A DNA stretch of 64,000 nucleotides from the NCBI RefSeq assembly GCF_006345805.1, contig NC_043011.1, forward strand, positions 930,001 to 994,000, given 5' to 3'. Made by a program: the position numbers and the translations under genes. This stretch comes from Octopus sinensis. Lineage: Eukaryota. Each line of letters begins with the position of its first letter. Within the stretch, counting starts at the first letter, position 1. The notes beneath the pieces were generated by a model. That model saw nothing but the letters and a program-made list of their open reading frames with translations, was not told the origin of the DNA and did no database searches. Shown piece after piece: positions 50,809 to 64,000 of this stretch.

Positions 50809-51989
50809 TACAAACTGAAGAAAATATGAAATAGATAGAAATGGTCTAGGAGTATAGTAAAAGATTGTGCTAAATGGCAACCTCTACACTGACTACTAGG
50901 ACAAAGGAATACAAAAGGAAAAGCTCAAAGTGTCTCTGAAGAGACTATGTCTGTTACATTGACTATCTACAGAGATTTATTTTAGCTGTTACTCTCTCTC
51001 TCTCCCCCTCCTTTCCTCCCCCTCCCTCCTTGCAAAGCTGATCTCAGAAAGAATTGCGATTTGGCAGGACAAAACCGAGGACAGAATTTTTTTTTGCAGC
51101 CACTGCAGCTGGGCCTGCACGTCTTCTGTTAAGCAACAAGTCTGCGCATGGACACCCCACTTTATGAATATTTACTTGTGTAGTTATAATAGTCTTTTGT
51201 TACAGTGATTAAGTACAATATTATGGATGCAAAATATGGGACTTTGAAATATGTTGAGAGATACTGTGTGATATGGATATATGGTAAAGAAACACTTGAG
51301 ATTGGGTTATTAGGCCAAACCTTGGGAAGGTTGTATTCTTCAGGTAAAGTAGCTCAGAATATGATATGACATATAGCATGTGTACAAACACCTGGTGAAT
51401 ATTAACATACACAGCAGAGCAGATGCAGTTGATAAAGATGATATTAATGGAGATTAAATGAAAATCATGATAAGAATGATAATGATGATGATATTAATGA
51501 TAATTTTGATGCTAGTGGTACCCAATAATGATGACAACAAAAATTATTAAAAACAGATGGCAATGATGATAGTGATGATAATGATGATGATGTCCAATTA
51601 AATATTGGGAAACTGTATTTCGTTTTCAGATACATATTTAATTATAAAGTGAATTAAAACACAGCAATACTATAGCAACAAACTACAACAATTAAAGATG
51701 AATCACAAATTAAATCACTAAACGGTCGTGCAAATTTAATGCAATATAATTGGATGCAGATTGTGATAGAAATAAACTGATGCATTATAAACATTCACGG
51801 ATTATTCAGTGAGTGAGGACAAAGCAATAAAATAAAAGACAAAAATAGAGCAAGTATAATTATATATGGAATCATAATAGTTTCTGTTTCTGTTTGAGCT
51901 TTCTACATAAATACATCTGATTTTAAGCATCAACTATATAAGTTAATACAGAGAGTATGAGACAATGAGGGAGCCCTCTATGTAGTTGC

Positions 51990-52950
51990 TCAAACTGATA
52001 GCGATAGCAACTAGCCAAACATCATCTATGAAGCCACACCTTCACATCTTTAGAAAGGGGAAGGGAATAGGTCACCAGTGGATCTGGCTCTGTGAAAGCT
52101 GTATTGATGGTCTCGTACAAGAGAGATTCAATTCATTAAAGAATGTCACTATCATTGGTTATTTCCATTACCTTAGAGATGTTGGAAGTGAGAGCAATAG
52201 GAATATTGTTGGCTGGGTCAAACAAGTTACCTTTCTTTGGAATTGGACCCACTAAGACATGTTTCCAAATGATAGGATGTATCCCTATAGTGATTAAGAG
52301 TTTGGTGAGTATCAAAGAATGTTCTAGGACACAATGATCAAGTGTAATGGAAGGGATATTCTTCAGACTCAGAGGTTTTGTTTGTTTATAAAATTTAGAG
52401 GTATTTTTGTACTTGGTACATGGATGATTAGAATGGAATAAATCGGGGATCTTTTCGGTTTGAACAGCAGTTTTTTCTAGCAGTGTCATATGAAATTGTC
52501 ACCCATAATTATGACCCTAGTATCGATCTATTGCATTTCAATCTGTTTTAGGGTTAGGGTTAGGGGGAAGGATATCTTTTTTTCTTCACAAATGTAAATA
52601 AACCCAATCTGTTTCTTAAATGAGGAACATATTCATACGGCACAGTGTTTTTTTTTTACCTCAATAGACGTTAGTGATTGGTTGAAATTGCAGAAATTGA
52701 AGAAAAAAACAACAAATATCTTACAAACTATAGAACTTTCTCAATAAAACCAAGAGAAAAAGATGTTTTATAAACACATTCTACCAGTATACGAAGTTTA
52801 AAATTTTTTAGTTACCTAGAAATTATGTTAAAAACTGCCGTTCAAACCGAAAAGATCCTAAATTGGGATTTGCTGTGTGGAGTTGGTTGCAAAGTGGGCA
52901 GCAAAGGTGAAAGCTTTCTCTAATTCAACTCTTTGTTGTCTGCTTCATGA
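51990..52950 (-). mobile_element. Old CR1/L2-group RT fragment split by MITE copy 4
   Basis: KAFTFAAHFATNST (52870-52920), then WKHVLVGPIPKKGN..DPANNIPIALTSNISKVME (52160-52280). Confidence 0.6.
52447..52858 (+). mobile_element. 8-bp-TSD MITE, copy 4
   Basis: TSD TAAATCGG/TAAATTGG; internal (TTAGGG)3 at about 52548-52565. Confidence 0.92.
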
Positions 52951-53175
52951 GAAGGCATATTTTCTTTCCCAAAAATGTTTCATTAAATTTGATAGATATC
53001 CAAATTTAGACAAATTTTTTGAGGATTGACTTTGTATGAGGAGATGCAGCACAATCTTTCATCAGTGAACAGGTTGCAGTTTCAAGTGTCAAAAATCTCG
53101 ACACCATATTACGAATATATATGTAAGTGAAACTAATGGTTTTGTGTGTTTCTGAATGGCTAACTAGCCTCTTCC

Positions 53176-53618
53176 AGTTCTATATTTAAGAGATGAGGAA
53201 TTATGACAGATATTTGTCCTCATCTTGTTTGTTGTTAACACAACGTTTTGGCTGATATACCCTCTAGGTTTCATCAGGTGTTTGGGAAAAGTTTGAACCT
53301 GGGTTCTCATTCCTAAGGTATTTTTCGATGTTATAATAATATTAATAATAATAATAATTATTATTATTATTAATCACTATGCCATAAGGTGTAGTGGTTA
53401 AGAGCACAGGCTACTAACTTCAAGATTCTGAGTTCGATTCCAGGCAGTGACCTGAATAATAATAATAATAATAATAACATTGAAAAATACCTCAGGAATG
53501 AGAACCAATGTTCGAAATTTCCCCAAGACACCTGATGAAGGCTGGAGGGTATATAAGCTGAAATGTGTTAACAACAAACAAGATGAGGACAAATATCCAT
53601 CAAATGTAAATAATGTAA
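53176..53618. mobile_element. Palindromic tRNA-SINE dimer with hammerhead-motif arms (family C, copy 2)
   Basis: Inverted arms 53176-53340 and 53455-53618. The right tRNA head is intact (53385-53455) and the left head is mostly deleted. Confidence 0.87.
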
Positions 53619-54354
53619 CCTCTTCCACACTGCAGTTGCTTTATTTTCAGCACACAATCTCAGATCAAACCATTTGCTATGCAAGCATTCCTCTGTAAAA
53701 CTTTACATAATGTTTTACTAGCACAAGCACACAAACTCATGCATGCATATATGACAAGCTTCGTTTTTTGTCTCTGAAATTCACTTACAAAGCATTGGTC
53801 AGCCCAGGGCTATATTAGAAAATTCTTGCCCAAAGCAGAGTGCAGTGGGACTGAAGCTGAAACTAGAGGGTTGGGGAAATGACCTTCTTAACCATATAGA
53901 CAGGCTTGCACCTATAGGCGCACACGCACACATTGTATGCATACATATATATGATTGTATGAAGTTAGCACATGTATTCTGAGTGTACTAGGTGAATATT
54001 GTGCACCAACTATATATGATAAATTTTATTTAAAATTTATGAGGTACATAAAAAGTATTTTGACTTTATTTTTTTTCCCTAAAAAAACAAATGCCATGTG
54101 AACAAAATCCTTTGAGTGGGAGGTGATGCCACCCTTCCTGCATATGTGTGAAAATCTTTCGTGGTGGTTGGCCACACCAGCTCCTTGCTGTTACACCTAA
54201 AGAACGAATGTGTAGTGTGTGCTTGTCAAGATGACCAAATGCACCAAGCAGAGACCATAAACCCATGTTTCACAACCTGTGACGATGGTCTTCATGAAGT
54301 CTGGATCATGGTTTTTATGGTCTGTTCTCTAGGTGTAACAGCTGGGAACTGATA

Positions 54355-55325
54355 CAGTTTCTATCAACTGAATTCATTCACAGAGCACTGGCTGGCCCAG
54401 GGTTATAATAGAAGACACTTATATAAGGTTTCACACAATAAGACTGAACCTAAAGCTATGCATTTGCAAAGCACACTCCCAACTACATAGTCATGTCTGT
54501 ACCTACGTAAAAAGCACCATCCGAACCGTGGCTGATGCCAGTGCCGCCTCGACTGGCTTCTGTGCCGGTGGCACATAAAATGCACCAATCCGACTGTGGC
54601 CGTTGCCAGCCTCACCTGGCACCTGTGCAGGTGGCACGTAAAAAGCACCCACTACACTCACGGAGTGGTTGGTGTTAGGAAGGGCATCCAGCTGTAGAAA
54701 TACTGCCAGATCAGACTGGAGCCTGGTGCAGCCTTCTGGCTTCCCAGATCCCGGCTGAACCATCCAACCCATGGAGAACGGACGTTAAACGATGATGATG
54801 ATGATACACACAATATATAAATCCATCCATCCATCCATCTTCTCAGATGGATGGAGGAGGGTTGAGTTTCCCCAGGTTGACCCAATACTTCTCTGCATTG
54901 AAAAGTCACAACTTTGGTGCTATAAACATGTGATTAGAATATCATGGGAAACAATTGTAAGACAGACTCTTCAAGTCAAGCTAACTGGCTGGAGATTTAG
55001 AGGTAGACCAAAAATGAAATGGTTTGATAATATCCCATAATCTCAGTTGTTTATGTTTGGGGAAGTCTAATGACAGTTGCTTCTGAAAGGACTCTATAGA
55101 GGACTCAACCCTCCTTTATCTATCCCTCCATCCATCTTCTCGGATGGATGGATTTATATATTGTGTGTATGTATATTATATCTATGTACAGACATGACTA
55201 TGTAATTAGGGAGTGTGCTTTGCAATTGCATAGCTTTAGGTGAAACCTTATGTAAGTGTCTTCTACTATAAACCTAGGCCAGCCAGTGCTCTGTAATAGA
55301 AATTCAGCTGATAGAAATTGTAGGA
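54355..55325. repeat. Local inverted duplication; left arm interrupted by SINE B; RTE fragment in the spacer
   Basis: 54355-54503 plus 54806-54880 is the reverse complement of about 55100-55325. The spacer encodes GWRFRGRPKMKWFDNI. Confidence 0.8.
54504..54805 (+). mobile_element. SINE family B
   Basis: Family B body with (GAT)n tail. Confidence 0.88.
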
Positions 55326-56730
55326 AGCCTGTTGCATATTTGTGTGTTTGCATGTGTGTCTTTATAAATATACACACATTCATACTCATACAAATATACA
55401 TTTCACTGTTCTGTTTATGAAGTGCCATCTTTAAAGATAATTAAATACTTGCACTGATCGGTCACTCCTGTAACCTAGTCATTGATCTTTGCTGCATATC
55501 TCAAATTGGGTAAAAGGATTTCTATTTATATAATTAATTACACGTCCAGAAAATCTTTTAACCAAATTTATATTCAGTTGTCTTGTTAGGAGCTTGCAGA
55601 GTGTATAACCATTCTTATGCTAAGCTATTATCATGTGGTTACAGTGAGTCCTTATGGAACATCTCTAAGAAGTTGTGTACTATAATGTACAATCAATTAA
55701 GTATTTGTTAATTATGTAGTGTTTTGTGTGGGAGTCTGGAGTTTTTTCACCCCACAGTCCAGTCTGTTCCTACTTGATATTTAATATTGTTGTTTCACCA
55801 CAAATCTGTCTTGGTCCAGCAGAATTATGCACAGAATCCTTACAGCCAGGAAAATTCTGTCCTTTTCTTTCAGGATGTTTTCGCTGAGAGATTTGGCTGT
55901 TATTTCTAGCATACTGAAAAAGCACATAGAAATTTCTATGTTAGATTATTTTTGTTTTTAGTCTCTAAATTGATCTCAATACTATGAATGATACTATTTT
56001 ATTGATCTTATAAGGGACAAAAGATAATTTTGGAATAAGAGGAAGTAACTCAGTCAGAAATAGTGTAAAATATTTTGTTTAAAGGACTGGTTTTGTTTAT
56101 CCTATACAAAAATGTAATGCCTGCTTATTACATAACAGCCTAAGCTATAGCTAACTTCAGAAAATTAATGCTGGACTTCAAAAGCTGGGTATTTTCCTTC
56201 AACCACAACCCTCTTTCAAACTCTGTGATCCCCAAAGATATATCCCAGATCCCAAGTGTGCATATCTTATTGACTACATCATGGTTAGGTAGGTATGTTT
56301 CAAAAGTATTCTGTTCACCTGTGCAATGAACTGACCATTGTATAATATTAATGAAGGTTACATCCCACGTGTGTCCTTTATGTCATTCAAGAATACCAAA
56401 CATCAAGAAATAAATTGCTTCAAGCTCAACAATTCCAACTCATGTAGGATTTTATCACACTCTAGCTGTGTAATTCTAAGTTTCTGAAGGTAAGGATCAC
56501 AGGTGACTCTCTTCCACATCTACAAAACTATCAGATTCAAGAAGAAAAACCTACCATAACTGTAAAGCTTCTGAGGAAATGCACAAAGCCCACTTAACAA
56601 ATTTAGTCAATGTCTATCATACAGTCTGAAAACTAAATTCAGATGCTTCTGAGTGAAGCACCTCTGTTGGTGCCCTGAAAAACAAATGGAGAATTGCAAA
56701 ATATTATGTTCAGAAGCATGCAAACAAGCA

Positions 56731-56945
56731 TACTCTTTACTCTTTTACTCTTTTACTTGTTTCAGTCATTTCACTGTGGCCATGCTGGAGCACCGCCTTT
56801 AGTCGAACAAATCGACCCCATGACTTATTTTTTGTAAGCCTAGTGCTTATTCAACCGGTCTCTTTTGCCAAACCGCTAAGTTACGGGGACGTAAACACAC
56901 CAGCATCGGTTGTCAAGCGATGTTGGGGGGGGGGGACAAACACAG

Positions 56946-56980
<35 letters not shown>

Positions 56981-57141
56981 CGACAGGCTTCTTTCAGTTT
57001 CCATCTACTAAATCCACTCACAAGGCTTTGGTCAGCCTGAAGCTATAGTAGAAGACACTTGCCCAAGGTGCCACGCAGTGGGACTGAACCTGGAACCATG
57101 AGGTTCATAAGCAAGCTACTTACCACACAGCCACTCCTACG
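56731..57141 (-). mobile_element. SINE family A
   Basis: Full length. Confidence 0.9.
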
Positions 57142-57600
57142 TCATGGCGTACATAATTACTATGCTGCATTAAAAACTCCTTATGACCCTAGGAATTGTT
57201 CTGTAACACCAGCCAGATCATAAGTGGGTACACCTCTACACAAAGACTAGTCAGCAACTGGATAGAACACTTCAATGAACTCCCAAACCAGTCTACATCT
57301 GAGCATCTGGCAATGAAGAAGAAATTTTTAGACGCTTATCACCTTTTTACCTCAATGAATCATTTGTTTTGGGTGAAGTTAGGGCTGCTGTAAAAATCCT
57401 AAAATAGGAAATCTTCTGAGCTGGATGATAGTGCAGCAGAGATATTGATGAACGGTTGTAAGCTCTGTACAACAGTACTTCAGTCACTACATTACAGAAA
57501 AATGGAACCAGGTGTGTGAACCTAAACATTAGAAGGGTGCTTAAAACATTACTATCTCCAAAGCAAGGGAGACAAATATCTTTGTTCTAACAATAGATGT

Positions 57601-57911
57601 TTTTTTTGTTTGTTCCTTCTCGAGCCATGCCTGGTTCATAAGGGCTGGTTTCCTGGTTTCTTGGCATATAGGTTCCCCACCTGGACGGGACGCCGGTCCG
57701 TCACAGGTGAGCTGCAAGATGTAGGAGTAAAGAGTGAGAAAAAGTTGTGGTGAAAGAATCAGCAGAAGTTTCGCCATTACCTTCTGCTCAGAGCCACATG
57801 GAGCTTAGGTGTTTTCGCTCATAAACACACATATCGCCCAGTCTGAGATTCGAACCCGCGATCCCTCAACTGCGAGTCCGCTGCTCTAACCACTAGACCA
57901 TGTGCCTCCAC
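57601..57911 (-). mobile_element. SINE family D
   Basis: Full length; B box GGTTCGAATCTC on the minus strand. Confidence 0.88.
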
Positions 57912-58930
57912 AATGGTAATCACTAAATTTGATGAACTGCAAGTATATGTGTGCATGTGTGTGTGTGTGTGTGTATGTGCACATATGTATGTATTTATAC
58001 ATGCATGCATACAAGTATGTGAGTGCATGTATGCATATCATTCTTTGCCTCAAGGGCCAATCAAATCAATTGTTGTTTGTTTGTCCATATTGAACTTCAA
58101 TCTATTGTATCTTCAGACCACCATTACTAGCATTTCTGACAATTTTAATCCTTTGCATTACTCTATAAATTTTATTATTCATGAAATATCAATCTGCAAC
58201 ATTTTAGTCGTCGTTTGACTGCTTATATTAGAAACTTTTTATGTCACAATTTTAAATGTTTCTTCTAGTTTTTTGTTTGAATTTTATGTATTATATTTAT
58301 TTGTCCATACATAAAAAAATAATATTTGTTTATTCTCTAAAGTTAAAGTGTATAATTGAAAGAAATGCCAAAGCAAAGATAAACATTAAATTCCTTATAA
58401 ATTTCTTCTCAGAAATGGTGATCACCTAAAAAGATAAAAGCTTCACAGAAAATAGAAGCTCAATGAGGCATTGATAGATATATGTGTGTATGTGTACACA
58501 CACACACACATGTGTGTGTGTGTGCCTATGGATTTTGTGTGTGTATGCTTGTTTGTGTGACAGTGATCTATTCCACTTTCTGTGTACAATTCTTAGACTG
58601 GAGGGATAAATAGGTGAGATTGTTGTTAGCATTTAATTGAAATGGTTGGTGTTGAATGTGTGAAGAGGAAAATGGAAGTTGGTAAGAATTCTGCAGTGAA
58701 GGATTGAAGATGAATGATTAAACATGATCATAGCATTTTAGTTTGAGTTATGATAGACAATATCCAGTTAGGATCTGCAGATATGGAGAAGCAGATGCAT
58801 TGAATTTGTTTCAGATAGCAGTTGAATTCTTGATTGAAATCACAGACGGAGAACGCAGTTTGATCTTTTCTGCCTGTGCTTGTCTCATATGTGGTTTTTC
58901 CTTGAATGTGTTTTTACATACTCTCTCTCT

Positions 58931-59132
58931 TTCTCTTTACTCTTTTACTTGTTTCAGTCATTTTGACTGCGGCCATGCTTGAGCACCGCCTTTAGTCGAG
59001 CAAATCGGCCCCGGGACTTATTCTTTGTAAGCCTAGTACTTATTCTATCGATCTCTTTTGATGAACCGCTATGTGACGGGGACATAAACACACCAGCATC
59101 GGTTGTCAAGCAATGCTAGGAGGACAGACACA

Positions 59133-59180
<48 letters not shown>

Positions 59181-59341
59181 CGACAGGCTTCTTTCAGTTT
59201 CCGTCTACCAAATCCACTCACAAGGCTTTGGTCGGCCTGAGGCTAGAGTAGAAGACACTTGCCCAAGGTGCCATGCAGTGGGACTGAACCCGGAACCATG
59301 TGGTTGGTAAGGAAGCTACTTACCACACAGCCACTCCTGTG
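58931..59341 (-). mobile_element. SINE family A
   Basis: Full length with an internal (CA)n tract. Confidence 0.9.
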
Positions 59342-59696
59342 CCTACTTGTGATCATTCAAGGAATGTGAAACAAAATGCTAAAAGTTATGATAAAGCAAA
59401 AATGCCTATCATGTCATAAAATAATGTCATAATAGATTACAGTATATGCTCTGACAACCACAGAGTATAGCAAATATATATAATTTGTATCGATGACGAT
59501 AGTATTACAGCCTATTGAGATATGACACCAATATATAAGATTGTGGTATCTCCTTGAGATTTTTGAAAATCTTTCATTCTGTTATTTGTTTGAAATGAGG
59601 AATGTTGTGCAGAATAAGTATTGTTTGTCAAATTTAAGAGCTGTCCTAGAACTACTATTGCTCTTTGGAGTCTGAAATTATTATTGCATTTGGCAG

Positions 59697-59835
59697 CAAT
59701 GAAGACAAAGTGATGAAGAGTGGAAGCTTGGAAGCTAAAGAAGAGGAATGTAAGGCTAAAGCAAGCAGCGATTCATGCAGATTTGTTCTCATGAGCAATA
59801 ATGTTAGAGAAAATGTAAATTTAATACAATCTTGG
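59697..59835 (+). other. Weak candidate internal coding exon
   Basis: TTGGCAG acceptor and TGG|GTATGT donor; one open frame (NEDKVMKSGSLEAKEEECK...); no recognisable homology. Confidence 0.2.
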
Positions 59836-61143
59836 GTATGTTTCAAAGTTCCAGTTTTAGAAAAGGTGAAATCTTAAGAAAGTGATGTATAATTAAATAC
59901 ATAAAAATAAAAACAAATATAAAATAATTACTGCACACAGCTTTGTCACGCTGGTCATTCTTTTTATGTCCTTATGTAATGTCAGTCATATATCATTGTG
60001 TCTTCTTTAACATAAAGGTGATTTATGATTCATAAACTAAGGATAATACTGGAAAGTGAATATCTAAATATTTAATGGCTTAGATTTATTTGTTACCTTC
60101 CAATGTCAAACTGGAAAATTGATCACTTGGGATGAAAGTTTTAGCTGTTATCTGCCATGTGCATGCAAACTTTGATTGCGTGTGAATAACATTTATGAAA
60201 TAAAGTTTGCAAAGTTAGAAAGAATAAGTTAATGTGACTATAGCGGACAGGTACATATGGGAGAGTAACAGACCAAAGACATTACCTTGTCTCATCTTGG
60301 CTCTTAACATTCTTAATTTAAATCCACTTTGACTCTCTCATCTCTGAAACTTATTTTATAAGTACCAATAAGTACAGGCAGTTAATAGTCTCAAATAACA
60401 AAATTAGAGACTAGCAATTTATATTGACATTTATGCTACATTGTGTATTACAAGATGGGTAACACTTAATGGCTATGTTTCACCTTACTCAGAGCACAAA
60501 CTGCAGAATTACAAATTCCACTGCTGGGAATCTGTTAGGCCTTTCATTAAATGGTAGAGCCGAGTTGAAGCCCTCTTGTGGATTGAGAAAAGCAATGGGA
60601 AACCATTTCCCTTAAATAACAACACAAGTATCTTTTAAGACTCCTAATAGGTTTATTAGCCAAAACACAAGCCTTATACTTGGCCTATACAAACAGATTA
60701 CTTATCCTGTCTTGAATAGTAAAAAAAAATCAATAATATTAGAGATTATATTTTCTTCAGGGAGAAATCAATATTACTATAAATTATATTTTATGACCAT
60801 AAACAATATTATTAATATTAATAAGAATAAGTTAAAAAAGGCTTGGTTAACCTTTTCCTTACAGCATGTTTTGTATGATGTTAGTCATAAATTGGACCAC
60901 ATCATGAAAATAATAGTTTAACAGACATCATGCTAAACACCGAGTATATCATATATTGCACAAGTGAATCATAAAAATATTTCTCAAGAAAATTCGTGTA
61001 AATGCTATTTGACAATAAAATATGAATATGAAATTTTTGAGAATTTGACAGAGAAAATGTTATATTTATAGAATTGTGACATTACGTATGCTCTATATCT
61101 AATCAGAAAGGATTGAATGGACCCTAAATGCCAAGGTTTACCC

Positions 61144-61377
61144 ACTCTTTACTCTTTTACTATTTTATTTGTTTCAGTCATTTGACTGTGGCCATGCTGG
61201 AGCACCGCCTTTAGTCAAGCAAATCGACCCTGGGACTTATTCTTTGTAAGCCCAGTACTTATTCTATCGGTCTCTTTTGCCGGACCGCTAAGTTACAGGG
61301 ATGTAAACACACCAGCATCGGTTGTCAAGCAATGTTGGGGGGACAAACACAAACATACACACACACACATACATACA

Positions 61378-61413
<36 letters not shown>

Positions 61414-61577
61414 TATTGACGGGCCTCTTCCAGTTTCTGTCTACCAAATCCACTCACAAGGTTTTGGTTGGCCCGAGGCTATAGAAGAAGACACTTGCCC
61501 AAGGTGCTACGCAGTGGGACTGAATCCGGAACCATGTGGTTGGTAAGGAAGCTACTCACCACACATCCACTCCTGCA
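61144..61577 (-). mobile_element. SINE family A
   Basis: Full length with an internal (CATA)n tract. Confidence 0.9.
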
Positions 61578-63437
61578 CCTACATTAATATATAAAGTTAG
61601 ATATGATGTCCATGGAATTAAATTGCTGCTTTACTGACACATAGTTTTAAAACCAAATTTTTGCTGCAGGCATTATGTTGTTTTATTGAGTAATTTTCAT
61701 AACTCTGAACAATTCATTAAAAACAAGCTTCATTCCTTCTGCATTACTAAATTTTAGGAAGAATGTATTTGCTTCAACAAATTAAACAAGCCACTCATTA
61801 AACTATGGTAAAATAGAATATAACACCAGGTAACCACGAGACATGGACATAAAAATATATACAAGTAGTCACAATAATAAATTTAGTACTTGAATTGTAC
61901 TTATGTATTGACCAGTCATCTTAAGAAGAATTAACGTTTCGATTGAATATTAATCAAAATCTCTATTTCCTCAACATTATCTGCTTGCTCTCTCAGGAGT
62001 TCTGTAAATGTAAGTGTTCTGTTCACTTGTACTATTGAACTCAAATCCTTTCATGGATAAAACATGAAATAGACTATCATTCTATTCAGAAGAGATGGCA
62101 TTTCTCAAATCCCTTAACCTTAAAGCTAAGATAAGCAGCAGAACATTATGAGAGACCATGTAGTAGATAAAGAAAAGCAAACAACTTGAAACTAGTAACA
62201 ACTGCTTAGGCATCTAAGTAACAAGGAGGAACAAAATTTACATTGTGTACTTTAGAATTTTATGCATGACTTTTTGAAATCCTGCTAACCTATCAGACAA
62301 TGCAACATTTGCAGCCAAAGAAAACAACTGAATTTCTAATGGAATTGATAGAAACATACAAACTGAATTGGTTTTATTTCAAATAGCTTTGAAATCTTTC
62401 GTAATTCTGTCAACAAAAATAAATAAGAATAAGATACATAAGCACAGAATAAAAAGTAAAAATAACTGAAGGAATAGAATGCATTAGACTGAACTAATAG
62501 CAGTTTACATTCTGTGTATCTCAAGTTTAATTGCTGCCTTTATAAACATTATAACTGTCATGGCCAGAAACAATTTGTTGTTAGCCATTATAAGAAAAAG
62601 GATTTTTGAGTTTGCAACAAATATCTTGAAATTGTTCTTTTGAACACTTTCGCAGTCTATGTTTAAGAGGAAAGTTTACAGACAAACTTCATAGCCCATT
62701 GCTGTATAATATTATAATTCCATATTTGTTGCTAATAAAAAAGAAATACTATTCCTATAAACAGAATTCCATTCTTATAAAAGAGTGTGTACAAGATCAA
62801 TTTTTTGCAAGAGAAGTATTGGTAACAGCAATGATAATAATAATAATTCTTTCATTATCATTGGTACCAAGGTCTATTCATACATGCACTAAAATGTATG
62901 CAAAGGTATTACAAAACATGTGGGAATAACTAAAACAAAGTAACATAAAACTAAAAGAAGGAACAAAGACGAGACAGAATATTGAGATTTTATATGTTTT
63001 ATGTTGAAGTTACATAAAACAAATATACAATAATATAAAAAGACATGATAGGATTTTTAACACGAGCACAAAGCTATGAATTTTTAGGGTGAGTTTAGTC
63101 AATTAGATCGACCCAGCACTTGACAAGAACTTATCATTGATCCTGAATAATAATATCTGTAGATGTATTCAAAAGTAAGAAATCTTCATATATTCTACTA
63201 TCACACATACAAACATACATATTTACTCTCAACAGTACACATATGTGTCCACAATAGGAACCTTCGTGTCTTTGTTTACTCTGATCGAAATTACAGCCAT
63301 ATCTCTCTCAAACTACGTAGAATTTTGTATTTGACCAAAACAACTTACAGTATATATCACCAATTAAAAAAAAAAGTTTGAATTCAGATTATAAAGGTTT
63401 GTTGCAAAATATTCTATATCACACCCTACCTCAAATA

Positions 63438-63638
63438 CGAGGGGTACTGCAAAGCTCCTGGTTTTAAGGGTATTGGTTGACGGCCCAAACTTCCAAGTTC
63501 CTTTACAGGGTTTAGAAAAACTGAAGGATTTCTGCGATAAGTGTGTGAATCTGAGAGGGAAATATGTTGAATAAAAGGAGAACTGATCCTCCTGTATTTT
63601 CCTTTACTGAAAGCCAGGAAGTTTTCAGCACCCCCTCA
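63438..63638 (+). mobile_element. mariner-derived MITE with TA TSD
   Basis: TA|CGAGGGGTACTGCAAAGCTCCTGG ... CCAGGAAGTTTTCAGCACCCCCTCA|TA; internal remnant GLEKL...KCVNLRGKYVE*. Confidence 0.85.
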
Positions 63639-63841
63639 TACTGAATCAGGTATTATTAGAAAGTTTCTAGACTGAACATGCTGTGATTGTATTGTTCTGC
63701 AGAAATGCATATACAACTGATGTAGCCAATCTACTGAATCAATCACAAATAGGTTTCATACTATGTGCTTGTGTTCAATTACTATAATATTTCTATATTT
63801 GTAGGTCACATGTCATGCTAGAAAAATCATATGGTATTTAA

Positions 63842-64000
63842 CCCTTTCGTTACCAACCTGGCTGAAACTGGCTCTGGCTCTGTAGTACAAATGTTTTGTT
63901 TTCATAAGTTTTTAATTAAAATCTTCCACCAAACCTTAGTCACAAATACTGTTCCTAACACCAGCTTAATGATAACTAAGTTATTTTACAAAATTCTGCG
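63842..64000 (+). mobile_element. piggyBac-like MITE, runs off the window
   Basis: TTAA|CCCTTTCGTTACC; collinear with 33435-33600. Confidence 0.8.

Noticed and set aside
52548-52565. Chromosome-fusion interstitial telomere
   Set aside because: Only 2-3 units, always at the same position inside a MITE.
58743-58982. Possible host exon; similar weak candidates near 19545-19620 and 51040-51160
   Set aside because: No recognisable homology or consistent multi-exon chain.

Overview
AT-rich, repeat-saturated eukaryotic non-coding DNA. The SINE families, TTAGGG motifs and microsatellite load suggest an Octopus/coleoid genome (inference). No host protein-coding gene is supportable; most ORF-track entries are microsatellite or antisense artefacts. 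The coding material is all transposon-derived: two L1-Tx1 LINE copies embedded in (AGAT)n/(AT)n, a near-intact CR1-like LINE with one in-frame stop, a 5'-truncated Neptune-like Penelope element (RT plus GIY-YIG) with a hammerhead ribozyme, and HERO, RTE/BovB, mariner and CR1 fragments. Around these are many SINEs and MITEs, several in resolvable nested stacks. Best novelty candidates: (1) a head-to-head palindromic tRNA-headed SINE whose arms carry a minimal hammerhead motif, possibly Penelope-mobilised; (2) a Penelope hammerhead with a greatly extended stem II; (3) a microsatellite-targeting Tx1 family; (4) a GGGUUUA -1 frameshift signal in the CR1 ORF1/ORF2 overlap; (5) a pri-miRNA-like hairpin. 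All calls come from reading the sequence by eye; no searches or folding programs were run.
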